Source: Dehalococcoidia bacterium
Lineage (GTDB): Bacteria > Chloroflexota > Dehalococcoidia > Lucifugimonadales > UBA3495
Length of the DNA: 64,000 nucleotides
Assembly: GCA_965220105.1 (NCBI GenBank)
Contig: OZ244811.1
Span: forward strand, 1,987,136-2,051,135
Reading direction: 5' to 3'
The notes below the pieces were generated by a model. The model ran no database searches, had not been told where the DNA came from, and worked only from the letters and a program-made list of their open reading frames with translations. The translations under genes were made by a program, and so were the position numbers. This document shows, in pieces, positions 21,426-30,853 of the stretch (position 1 is the stretch's first letter; each line of letters starts with the position of its first letter).

Positions 21426-21510
21426 TATGATTCCATAATCGGCGCGGAGATCAAGAACACCCGTTGACCGCTCGAGCCTCGGAAGAGCATCTTCGCCAAG
21501 CCTGTCGCTA

Positions 21511-22972
21511 GTATTACAACGACGGTTCATGGAGGGAGGCCGGAGGTGTTACGGCCGAGGGCAGCGCGGCGTTTCTGGTGAGAGCATCTGGCCCGTTCGT
21601 TGCGCTCCTGGACATCTGTCAGCCATCGCAGCAGTTCTTCCGGGCCGAACCGCTCTTTGGGCAGGAGCTCACGCACCACTCGGTACACCTGGGGCCTGGT
21701 GATCAAGGGTATCTTTTTCCCCCCAATCCTGTTGCAGGGTCAACAGGAACGCCCCAGCCAGCAGGCACATGGCGATGTGGTGATGCCAACCCGCCCAGGT
21801 GCGGGTCTCGTATTCGTCCAGGCCCACGTCGCTCTGCTCGGTCTCGAACTCGGTTTCAATGCGCCAGCGGGAGCCGCCCACATCGGCCAAGGTCTCCAGA
21901 GACGCATCTGGGGGTGCGTTGGACAGGTAGTAGCGGGGCTCGCTGCCGTCCCGGTTCTGGCGATAAACCGCCCACCGGACCTCACCAGGCTGCCGCCTCC
22001 TGGTCACCGGCGCCCGTTGGGCGCTGAACCGATAGACACGCGGCCCCTGGCTTCCCTGGGCTATCGTGATCTCCCGCCATGCCGCCGCCGGCAACGCCTG
22101 ACTGCGCTCTGCCATGGTCTGCCGCTCCTCACGCCGCGGTCTGGGTTTGCGGGGACGCCCGTTACCCTGGTAAGGCGGATCGGTCCAGGTCGGTTCCAAG
22201 GGCCAGACCGTCATATCCGGCCGCACGTCCAAGACGTACAGCATTCCCGTTGCCGCCAGTCCCTCCCGCAACGCGGGAGACATCCCGAAGGCTGAATCTC
22301 CGGCCACCCACTGGGCCTTGAGGTATCCTCTGGCCTGGGCTTCCTCCACCATCTCCAAGGCCCACTCCGTCTTGCTTCGGTACCCCCGTCGGTGCGCTGG
22401 CACCCCCGCCGCCACGCAGCGCTCCCCGTCCCCAGTCCACTCCTGGGGCAGCTACAGCCGCTTGTCCACCAGCGCTCTGCCCTGGGGTCCCACGTGCGCC
22501 AGAAACACCCCAGCCTGGCAGCTGGCGATCTTGCCCAACGCCCCGCAGTACTGCCTGGCCACTCCCACCGACTTCACCCCCTGCTGGGGAAAATCGCTGC
22601 CGTCCAGCACCCACACCCCCGGCAGGTCATCCAATCGCGAACCCAGCTACTCCGGCAACCGGTCTATGACTGCGTCGTCGTCCCAAGGCGACTCGGCGAG
22701 AAACCGCTGTAACGCCCGTGGCGACGCCGGAACCGTTTCCGACAAATTCGCGGCGTTGCGCCGCTCTTCCGATTGCACCAGCAAGGCCTGTAGATAATGG
22801 CGGCTGTGCTCCCGGGCCTCCCTACGACCAAAGTCTGGCGCAAAGTAGTCGTGAAAATCCTGGAAGGCTTCGGACACCCGTTCCAACGCCACCGCATCCA
22901 TCACCCTGCCCCACCTCCCGATGCCTTCGCTATCTTGCCGATTATCCTACCATGCCAACCGTCGTTGTAATA
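21511..22972 (-). mobile_element. IS701-family element, copy A
   Basis: Terminal IR TATTACAACGACGGTT at both ends, flanked by CTAG (21507-21510) and CTAA (22973-22976). Confidence 0.85.
21669..22904 (-). pseudogene. IS701 family transposase, single continuous frame broken only by two TAG codons
   Basis: Three track ORFs (22647-22904, 22452-22634, 21669-22415) share one frame. The stops at 22647-22649 and 22452-22454 align with Tyr codons (QEYLGS, KRLYLPE) of the intact paralogue at 40154-41398. Confidence 0.85.
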
Positions 22973-23037
22973 CTAAGAACCTGTCTACGATCTCTGAAAT
23001 AGGTTAAGTTGAGACTATTATCAGGGGAGGGGTAATC

Positions 23038-23299
23038 ATGTCTAATTTCTATCCCAGCGACATCAGCCGGGAGCAACTCGCCCGTATTCTGCCGACGTTG
23101 GGGTCGGCTCGCCGCCGGACCAAGCCCCGCACCGTGGACTTGTACGACGTTTTCTGCGGAGTACTGTACCTCTTGAAAAGCGGGCGCCAGTGGCGAATGC
23201 TGCCCGCGGACTTCCCCGATTGGCGCACTTGCTACCAGTATTTCCGGCAATGGAGCGAGCGGCCTGACCCGGGTCAGGATTCCATTCTGGAGCAAGTCC
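23038..23299 (+). pseudogene. IS5 family transposase, N-terminal (DUF4096-like) part
   Basis: DISREQLARILPTL...VFCGVLYLLKSGRQWRMLPADFPDWRTCYQYFRQW. Interrupted after ..ILEQVL. Confidence 0.8.
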
Positions 23300-23423
23300 T
23301 AAGCCCCAATCCACCGAAGAGATGAGAGTGGCGGCGTACTGAAGGGGTAAGAAAGTGCTCCCGGCTTCGGGGATAATGGTTTCGGGAAGACGAAACCGAC
23401 CCCAGACCAAGAGCACCCAACGG

Positions 23424-24753
23424 ATGCTGCCACCTGAGCCGCCCGACCGCATCCAAATCGCCTTTGACGATCACCGCCTGGTGGCCAATGCTGGGCTGCT
23501 CTTGCCGGTCACCCTGGCCCAGCGCCTGGGTCTGTCCCAACTGGTTGACCGCCACGTTGACCTGGGCCGTGCTCCTGGCCGAGCCAACACCGGCGACAAG
23601 ATGATGACCCTGGTGGCGTCGGCGCTGGCTGGTGGCGACTGCATTGACGACGCCGACGCGCTGCGCACCGGCGGAACGGCCGGCGCCATCGGCTGCGCGG
23701 TGAAGGCGCCGTCCACCCTGGGGACCTTCCTGCGCAGCTTCCGGTGGGGCCACGTCCGCCAGCTGGATCGGGTGAGCCGGGAGCTGCTGGCTCGAGCCTG
23801 GGCCGCTGGGGCCGGTCCGGGTGACGGGCCGTTGACCATTGATCTTGATTCCACCATCTGCGAGACCTATGGTCTGGTCAAGGAAGGGGCGCGCCGCCAC
23901 GGCTACACCGGTCAGCGGGGCTATCACCCCCTGCTGGCCATCGCCGCTGGCACCGGCGACGTGCTGATGGCACGGCTGCGCAAGGGTCGAGCCAGCACCG
24001 CTCGGGGCGCTGCCCACTTCCTGCCGGAGACGGTGGGTAGGGTCCGCTACGCTGGGGCCACCGGACCACTCACCGTGCGGGCCGACAGCGGCTTCTACGC
24101 CCACGCCATCGTGGCCGTCTGCCGCAAGACGAAGGTTCGCTTCTCCATCACCGTCCGCCAGCACGCCCGACTGCGGGACCTGACCGAGGCCATACCTGAG
24201 GACGACTGGACGCCCATCCCCTGCTGGATGGAAGGCGCCGCCGATGTGGCCGAGACCACCTACACGCCCTTCGACAGTCAGCCCGACGCCGCGCCGGTGC
24301 GGCTCATCGTCCGCCGGGTGAAACCCACGCCCGGTTCCCAACTGGCGCTCTTCGCCAACTACAGCTATCACGCCTTCATCCATCACCGACCGGGACGGAG
24401 ATACCCTGGATCTCGAGGCGGACCATCGCCGCCACGCTGAGATCGAAAATGCCATCCGGGACCTGAAGTACGGCGTGGGGCTTAACCATCTCCCCACAGG
24501 CCGCTTCCCCGCCAACGCCGCCTGGCTGGCCGTCCAGGTCATCGCCCACAACCTGGCCCGCTGGACCGCCCGCATCGGGCTGGGCGAACCGGTGGTGACC
24601 ACCAAGACCCTCCGACGGCGTTTCTTCTCCCCGGCCGGACGGCTCACCCGCTCGGCCCGCCGCCTGACCCTGCATCTTCCCCAGGGCTGGCCCTGGGAAA
24701 ACCAGTTCGGCAGAGCCCTGGCGAGACTGCGCGCCCTGCCACTCCCTGCCTAA
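23424..24753 (+). pseudogene. IS1380 family transposase inactivated by a 4-bp tandem duplication
   Basis: Collinear with 17126-18451 until CATCCATC at 24377-24384 (the intact copy has a single CATC), which shifts the frame. The remainder resumes in ORF 24475-24753. Confidence 0.85.
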
Positions 24754-24811
24754 CGGCAGCGACAGCGCCTGACCCGTCCGCCAGACTACCCAACCGCCTG
24801 GCAGCCTCGCG

Positions 24812-26710
24812 CTAGAAAGCTGGCCGGAAACCGACCGGATTATGGCGAGGGGTTATACTCCGGGCAATCAAGGCTAGCGGAGCAGGGCAATGCTGGGAAA
24901 GCGTTCGGACCAGAAGGGCCTGTGGGAAGCGGACCGGTTGTATCTGGACTACGTGGGCCAGGACACCTTCTACGGTTTGCTGGCCGCACTGCGGGGCCAG
25001 CTGTTCAGCGATGACGATTTCGCCGAGATCTACTGTCCGGACAATGGACGGGACAGCGTGCCGCCCAGCCTGCTGGCCACGGCGCTGCTGTTGCAGACCT
25101 ACGACCAGGTGAGCGACGCCGAGGCCAAGGCGAGGGCTGACTTCGACATCCGGTGGAAAGTCGCCCTGGAGATTGAGATTGAGGATAGACCCTTTGCCAA
25201 GAGTACGCTGCAGCTGTTCCGGGCCCAGCTGATACTGCACGAGAAGGTGCGGGAGGTATTCGAGGGCAGCCTGCGCTTGGCTCGGCAGTCGGGCTACCTG
25301 AAAAAGCGTGGGATGCGGGTGGCGCTGGGCACGCCCTACATCCTGGGTCGGGGCGCGGTGCAGGACACCTACAATCTGCTGGCGGACGGCATCGTCAAAC
25401 TGTTGCGTGTCCTGGCGGCCGTGGCGAACGCCACCTTGCCGGCATGGGCCGAAGCCCAAGGGTACCAGAGGTACTTCGGGTCCAGCATCAAGGGCGAGGC
25501 GGTGATCGACTGGTCGGACCGCAAAGCGCGGGCGGCGTTGCTGGCTGAGCTAGTGGCTGACGCGGACCGGCTGCTGGAATTGGCGCGGCAGGCGTGGGTG
25601 GAATTGCCGGAGGACAGCGCCCAGCGGCAGAGCATAGTGGATGGGGCGGAGTTGCTGGGACAGTTGCTGCTCCAGGACATCGAGCGCAAGAGTGGCGATG
25701 GCGATGCTGATGATGCTGATGATGATGACGGGGTGAGCATCAGGGATGGGGTGAGCAAGGACCGGATGCCGTCGGTGCATGACCCGGAGCTGCGCCACGG
25801 GCACAAGAGCAGCCGGCGGCGCTTCAACGGGCACAAGGCGGCGATTGTGGTGGACACCGACTCCCAGCTGATCACCGCCGTGGACGTGTTGCCCGGCAAC
25901 GCTCCCGACAATTTGGGGGCATTGGAACTGGTGGAGCGGAGCGAAGCGAGTACCGGCTCGGTGGTGGAGGAAGCCATGGGCGACGCCGCCTATGAGGACG
26001 GCGGGACCCGTCAGGCCTTCGCCGAGGCGGGACGCCGGTTGGTGGCCAAAGCGCCGGGCCGGCCCAACCGGAAACACTTTCCCAAAAATGACTTTCACCT
26101 TGACCTGGCCGCGGGCAGTTGCACCTGTCCGGCGGGACAGGTTACCAGCGCCATCGTGCCGGCGGGAAAGCGGACGGATCGCGCCGGTCGTGTCTACCGA
26201 TTGCAGGCTTTCCAGTTCGATGGGGTGGTATGTTGGGTATGTCCACTGCGGTCCCAGTGCATCGCGGCCCAAGGCCGGCAGGGACGGCGGGTGCTGATCC
26301 ATCCCCAGGAAGGCATGTTGCAACAGGCCCGGGCCTTGCAGCAGAGCGCCTACTACGACGAGTATCGAGCGCGACGGGTGGTAGTGGAGCACAGGTTGGC
26401 CCGGCTGGTCCAGTTGGGCATCCGGCAGGCCCGCTACTTCGGTAGGGTCAAGACGAAATTCCAGCTGTACCTGGCGGCCACGGTGGCCAATCTCACCCTG
26501 GTGGCGGGCAAAATCGGGCTGTCGGGCAGTACCGATGGCGGTGCAGCAGGCCACCGCGTCGTCCGCAATGTTGTCCGCGCTGTGGTCGCCAATGCGGCGG
26601 CCAATTTCAGCGCCGTCCGGCTCGGACAACTATGGTCCCTGATTTTGTTCGTCTCGGCTTTACTGCCGCAACCCCACTTCCAAATCAGGGTTTTCCGGCC
26701 CGGTTTCTAG
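24812..26710 (+). mobile_element. IS1182/IS5-superfamily element nested inside IS1380 copy d
   Basis: IRs CTAGAAAGCTGGCCGGAAA (24812) and the reverse complement of TTCCGGCCCGGTTTCTAG (ends 26710). The IS1380 3' tail continues on the far side. Confidence 0.8.
24890..26710 (+). CDS. IS1182 family transposase
   Basis: N-terminal DUF772-like block (NGRDSVPPSLLATALLLQTYDQVSDAEA...FDIRWKVAL), a Cys-rich CTCPAG...CWVCPLRSQC motif and a DDE C-terminal part (VVEHRLARL...ARYFG). The stop lies inside the terminal IR. Confidence 0.85.
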   Translation: MLGKRSDQKGLWEADRLYLDYVGQDTFYGLLAALRGQLFSDDDFAEIYCPDNGRDSVPPSLLATALLLQTYDQVSDAEAKARADFDIRWKVALEIEIEDRPFAKSTLQLFRAQLILHEKVREVFEGSLRLARQSGYLKKRGMRVALGTPYILGRGAVQDTYNLLADGIVKLLRVLAAVANATLPAWAEAQGYQRYFGSSIKGEAVIDWSDRKARAALLAELVADADRLLELARQAWVELPEDSAQRQSIVDGAELLGQLLLQDIERKSGDGDADDADDDDGVSIRDGVSKDRMPSVHDPELRHGHKSSRRRFNGHKAAIVVDTDSQLITAVDVLPGNAPDNLGALELVERSEASTGSVVEEAMGDAAYEDGGTRQAFAEAGRRLVAKAPGRPNRKHFPKNDFHLDLAAGSCTCPAGQVTSAIVPAGKRTDRAGRVYRLQAFQFDGVVCWVCPLRSQCIAAQGRQGRRVLIHPQEGMLQQARALQQSAYYDEYRARRVVVEHRLARLVQLGIRQARYFGRVKTKFQLYLAATVANLTLVAGKIGLSGSTDGGAAGHRVVRNVVRAVVANAAANFSAVRLGQLWSLILFVSALLPQPHFQIRVFRPGF

Positions 26711-26915
26711 GCCGCTCTTCGAGCGTCTCTTACCGCAAACTGCCCCGCCAATCTCGCCCAGCCCTGCCGCCGCGAGCAATTGATATCCCTTTTTTGTGGA
26801 TACCGCACCCTGCACACAGCCCATTCCATTGGGATCAAGCCCTGACCATCGCTCTCGCTTGCCCCCTATCCCAGATTTATTGCCAGGGACACATCCCTTC
26901 GGTGGATTTGGGCTA

Positions 26916-27442
26916 AAAAATCGGTTGGCGAGGTCCGACAAAGCAACGGTCGGAAAGAGCAGACCAGCTTCTGCATCGTGGACTCCCAGAGCGTCAAAAA
27001 CACGGACACCGCCGGGCACCAGGGCTATGACGCGGGCCAGAAGGTGTCGGGAATCAAGCGTCACATCGCGGTGGACACGCCAGGATTGCCCCATGGGATA
27101 CACGTGACTACCGCCGACGTTACCGACCGGGCTGGGGCTTTGGCGATGTTTGACCGGCGCCGAGACGGCCTCAGTCAAGTGCAGAACGTGCTGGTGGACG
27201 GGGGTTACACCGGGAAGCCCTTTGCCACTGCGGTGCAAGGCCTGTTGGGAGCCGCGGTGGAAGTGGTGAAACGCAACGAACTGCACACCTTCGTGGCGCT
27301 GCCGAAGCGATGGGTGGTGGAGCGGTCTTTCGCCTGGCTGGAAAAGTGCCGCCGACTCTGGAAGAACTGTGAAAGGAAGCTCAATACCAGCCTGCAAATG
27401 CTGGTGCTTGCCTTCATGGTGCTAATCCTAAAAAGATCGTAA
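26916..27442 (+). pseudogene. IS5 family transposase, C-terminal DDE part
   Basis: IVDSQSVKNTDTAG..GYDAGQKVSGIKRHIAVDT...VDGGYTG...LPKRWVVERSFAWLEKCRRLWKNCE. It continues the frame broken at 23299. Confidence 0.8.
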
Positions 27443-27713
27443 ACAGGCTCTTACACGATGCGGGCTTGGCTAACCCAGGCAACTGTTCGGGCTCCGGTGG
27501 GAAACAGCGCGGCGACCCTCGCTTTCCAACGGCCTCCTCTGACCAAGACCCTGCCGGTCTGCCGACCTGCAAACCTCCACGACATACGGCCTGTTCCACA
27601 TACAGGCGAAGATACAAGGCCTTGACTATGCTCTGGGTTGGTTTGACACAGACAACATTGCGTTTCAGAATATTCCAGTTCCGCTAACACGTCCCGAGCC
27701 CTGGAGGTTTGCA

Positions 27714-29258
27714 GTGGCTGCCTATGACTATGACTTGATCGTCATCGGTTCGGGACCGGCTGGCCAGAGGGCTGCAATCCAGGCAGCAAAACTGGACAAA
27801 AGCGTGGCCGTACTGGAACGGTTGCCCATGCTCGGCGGCGTTGACGTCAACACCGGAACTGCCAGCAAGACTTTGCGGGAGGCGGTGCTGCACCTCACCG
27901 GCTTTCGGGAACGCAACATATATGGTGATTCCTACTCCGTAAAACAGAACATTACGATGGGCGACCTTATGGTGCGTACCGGGTACGTTATGCAGCAACA
28001 GGTCGACATGCTGCGTGTCCACTTCCTCACCAACCAGGTTGAGATGATAAACGCGGAAGGCTCGTTCGTTGATCACCACACCATAAATCTCTCGTTACCC
28101 GATAGCAGGCTGAACCGCACTATCACATCCGACAAAGTGATCATCGCAGTCGGATCGTTGTCCACCACCCCGCCTATCGTTCACGTGGACGGCCGCCTGA
28201 TATTTATCAGTGACGATGTTCTGAACTCGCCCAACATCCCACGCTCTTTGACCGTCGTCGACGGTGGGGCGATCGGGCTGGAATATTGCAGCACATTCGC
28301 CGCGTTGGGGGTAAGGGTCACTCTGGTGGATCGAAATCCGCGTCTCCTCCAGTTCGCAGACGATGAAATCGTGGATACCCTGGTCTATCACCTGCGGCAG
28401 AACGGAGTCACCCTGCGCCTCAACGAAAACGTCAACGATATCGAATACGTGCGAGACCACCGAGGCGACCGGGTCCGCGTGATGCTGGAAAGCGGTAAAC
28501 AGATCATCAGCGACTCGGTCATGTATTGCGTGGGGCGCACCGGAAACACCGCAAACCTCAACCTGGAAGCGGCCGGAATCCAGGTCGATGGGCGAGGCCG
28601 CATCAGTGTGGACGACAACTACCAGACCTGTGTGGAGGGCATATATGCGGTCGGCGGGGTGATTGGCTTTCCCGACCTCACCTCCACCTCCCGTATGCAA
28701 GGCCGCCTCGCTGCTTGCCATGCCTTTGAAGAGCCGATCAAACGATTCCCGGACCTGTTCCCTTACACCGTCCGAACCATCCCTGAACTGGCAATGATCG
28801 GCAAAACGGAATCGCAGCTGACCGACGCGGGCGTATCGTATGAGATCAGCAAGGCTAACTACCAGGAGACCATCAGCAGCGTCATGCAGGGCGACAACGC
28901 AGGAATGCTGAAGTTGCTTTTCGACACTGAATCCCGAAAAATTCTGGGCGTACACATCCTGGGAGAGGACGCCGCGGAGTTGATTCACATCGGCCAGGCG
29001 GTCATGGCCCACGGCGGCACGGTTGACTATTTCACAGAGGCGGTGACCAGTTATCCATCTCTCGCCGAGTGTTACGCGACCGCCGCCCTGAACGGCATCA
29101 ACCGCCTGGATCCGCGAACTCGCCCCGACCCTGCCCCAACGTCTCTGCGGCCAAAACCGTCACCACGGCCGGCCTCGACAGAACCAGCAAAACGACTTGT
29201 GCCGATGAGTTGCTGCCCAACGGAACCAACTGTCCCAACTTCGTTAACGCCGACCTGA
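27714..29258 (+). CDS. sthA: Soluble pyridine nucleotide transhydrogenase-like flavoprotein (SthA-like) with atypical motif and replaced 3' end
   Basis: YDLIVIGSGPAGQRAAIQAAKL (FAD fold) plus NAD fold and dimerisation domain. The expected GGVC.NTGTIPSKTL is GGVDVNTGTASKTL. After ..AALNGINRL the ORF continues for about 50 Pro/Thr-rich codons into decayed DNA. GTG start 6 nt after GGAGG. Confidence 0.75.
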   Translation: MAAYDYDLIVIGSGPAGQRAAIQAAKLDKSVAVLERLPMLGGVDVNTGTASKTLREAVLHLTGFRERNIYGDSYSVKQNITMGDLMVRTGYVMQQQVDMLRVHFLTNQVEMINAEGSFVDHHTINLSLPDSRLNRTITSDKVIIAVGSLSTTPPIVHVDGRLIFISDDVLNSPNIPRSLTVVDGGAIGLEYCSTFAALGVRVTLVDRNPRLLQFADDEIVDTLVYHLRQNGVTLRLNENVNDIEYVRDHRGDRVRVMLESGKQIISDSVMYCVGRTGNTANLNLEAAGIQVDGRGRISVDDNYQTCVEGIYAVGGVIGFPDLTSTSRMQGRLAACHAFEEPIKRFPDLFPYTVRTIPELAMIGKTESQLTDAGVSYEISKANYQETISSVMQGDNAGMLKLLFDTESRKILGVHILGEDAAELIHIGQAVMAHGGTVDYFTEAVTSYPSLAECYATAALNGINRLDPRTRPDPAPTSLRPKPSPRPASTEPAKRLVPMSCCPTEPTVPTSLTPT

Positions 29259-29361
29259 TCGCGGTCCGATCGAACCCGCTGAACCCAGAGCGAGCCGCTA
29301 TCGCCGCCGGCCGCATCATGATCAGCATGATCGACGATCACGTCATTCGTGGCAGCAGATT
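29140..29361 (+). pseudogene. Zeta-toxin-like P-loop kinase (COG4185-type) N-terminal fragment, decayed
   Basis: ..TTAGLDRTSKTTCADELLPNGTNCPNFVNADLIAVRSNPLNPERAAIAAGRIM.. parallels the fragment at 49419-49565 ([33 protein letters not shown]). The P-loop is degenerate. It is cut by an IS66 terminus. Confidence 0.5.
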
Positions 29362-29558
29362 GTAACAGTTCAGAGTAGAGGGGAAACGAGCAGCTGACGG
29401 CAGGCGACGAGAGGATTTAGAACTTGGGCGCGCCAGGTGCCGAAGATGGATGCCAGCGTCATCTTGCGCTCGGTGCCCTACTCCGAGCAGGTGCCGCCGC
29501 TGACCTTGCGGCTGACGACCAGATGTCGCAGGCTGCGTTCGGCGGCGTTGTTGTCTGA
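29362..29558 (-). pseudogene. IS66 right-end fragment with transposase C-terminus
   Basis: The reverse strand reads SDNNAAERSLRHLVVSRKVSGGTCSE*GTERKMTLASIFGTWRAQ..., collinear with the end of 2574-3911. Terminal GTAACAGTTCAGAG. In-frame TAG at 29478-29480. Confidence 0.8.
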
Positions 29559-29660
29559 CATTAATCGCAAGTCCTGCCGGCGGTGTAAACGGTAGCGGTA
29601 AAGTGAATGGTGTGGGCGACTCGGTCGTCGTTGCGCCGCAGAGTGAAGTATATCTTTGTC

Positions 29661-30627
29661 TTATAAGTACCTGAGTGCTGACCCGGCGGACTCGCCGCGG
29701 GTGTAGTGGCCGACCATGCCGCCGCCCTGCTTCCAGCGGCCCTGGCGCTCGATCTCGTGGGTGGGCGCGCCGTTCTGGGCCATGCGCCTCGCCATGCCGA
29801 CGCGCCCGCTGTGGCCGCTGAAGTACTCCCAGTCCGCCAGGCCGGCGGCCCTGGCGATCGCCTTGACCCGCCGGGCGATCTGGGACTCCGACAGCCCGAA
29901 CACCTTCTCATCGCTGCCAACGCCCGCCGGCCGGATGGTGTCCAGCGCCTGCATGGCGGCGGGGGTGATGGCGACGGTGGCGCCCTGGGCTTCCACGTCG
30001 GTCTTGGAGCGGATGACGGTGATGCGGCCGCTGCCGTCGTCCCAGCGCTGGATATCGCCCCAAGTCAACGCCGCCGCCTCGCTGCGACGCAAACCTCCAT
30101 CCGACAGCGCCGCCACCAGGGCCAGGTCGAAACCGGAGCGCTCGGTGGCCTGCTCGGGCGTTTCGATGTCTCGGCCGCGCTTGCGGGGCTGCACGGCGGT
30201 GAGGCGGATGACGGCGAGCACGTCGGCAGTTAGGGCGCCGGACTGGCGCTGGGGCTTCGAGAGGCGTCGCCCCCCATCCCTTTAAAGAGGCGCGCACGCC
30301 CGGGTCCCGGCAGGGCGATTCCAGCTTCGCCCACTCATGGCCTTTCGCGATGGCGCTGGTGGCCAGGCGCAGGGTGGCGATGCTGGCGCCGGAGCCGGCG
30401 CGGGCGGCCAGGTAGCGGGCCACGGTGAGGGGCTCAGCGGGGAGAGACTGCAGGCCAACCTCGTCGCACCAGCCGGTGAAGATGCGCCACTGGGCACCGT
30501 AGACGCGCTGGGTGTTGTCGGAGAGGACGGACTCCAGGGCGGCGGCCACGCCCTGGTCGGCGGCGCGTATCGCCGGCAAAGACGAGGGCTCAACAGGGAC
30601 TATCTGGGTTCCGGCGATGGTGGTCAT
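29661..30627 (-). pseudogene. Tyrosine recombinase / phage-type integrase, frameshifted in a C6 run
   Basis: N-terminal SAM-like core-binding part (TQRVYGAQWRIFTGWC...LTVARYL, frame of ORF 29908-30720). Catalytic part (LRRSE..., GHSGRVGMA, GHYTRG, ORF 29661-30221). Removing one C from the run at 30270-30275 joins them (..LKGWGRRLSKPQRQSGALTADVLAVIRL..). Confidence 0.8.
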
Positions 30628-30692
30628 GGGCGAGTCTCCGGCGGCGGGGTTTCGGGGGCGATCTGGGCGGGTAAAAGATGCGCGATAAACAA

Positions 30693-30726
30693 TTATCGCG
30701 CAGCGAATGGACGTGCGCAAGCGGCC
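30693..30726. repeat. 34-bp direct-repeat copy B (partner at 10821-10854)
   Basis: TTATCGCGCAGCGAATGGACGTGCGCAAGCGGCC, 66 bp upstream of the integrase ATG. It overlaps a 9-bp-arm palindrome GCGCGATAA/TTATCGCGC (30680-30701). Confidence 0.7.
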
Positions 30727-30853
30727 TATTCACCGTCGTTTGCCGGCCTCCGGCGGGCGGAAAGGGCCCACGATGATGGGTTGCCCTCCCGCCGACCCAA
30801 TGGGAGCGTCGGTCGTGCTGCGTGCTCACGTCCACAGCCACGTCGAAGACGAC

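Larger units (their letters stand above)
23300..26915 (+). mobile_element. IS1380-family element, copy d (frameshifted; carries a nested IS1182-type element)
   Basis: Termini TAAGCCCCAATCCACCGAAG (23300) and TTCGGTGGATTTGGGCTA (ends 26915). Confidence 0.85.
22975..27453 (+). mobile_element. IS5-family element (IS427-like), disrupted by nested insertions
   Basis: IRs (T)AAGAACCTGTCTACGATCTCT (left) and AAAGATCGTAAACAGGCTCTTA (right). The transposase is split at 23300/26915 by an IS1380 copy. Confidence 0.8.

Noticed and set aside
25694-25730. GAT/GAC-rich microsatellite-like stretch inside the IS1182 transposase (GDGDADDADDDD)
   Set aside because: It is an in-frame acidic linker within an intact ORF. 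It is ordinary low-complexity coding sequence, not a separate feature.
29105-29258. C-terminal ~50-residue extension of the SthA-like ORF as a genuine extra domain
   Set aside because: It is Pro/Thr/Ser-rich and low-complexity, and it overlaps a better-supported (though decayed) zeta-toxin-like reading in another frame. It most likely results from loss of the native stop.
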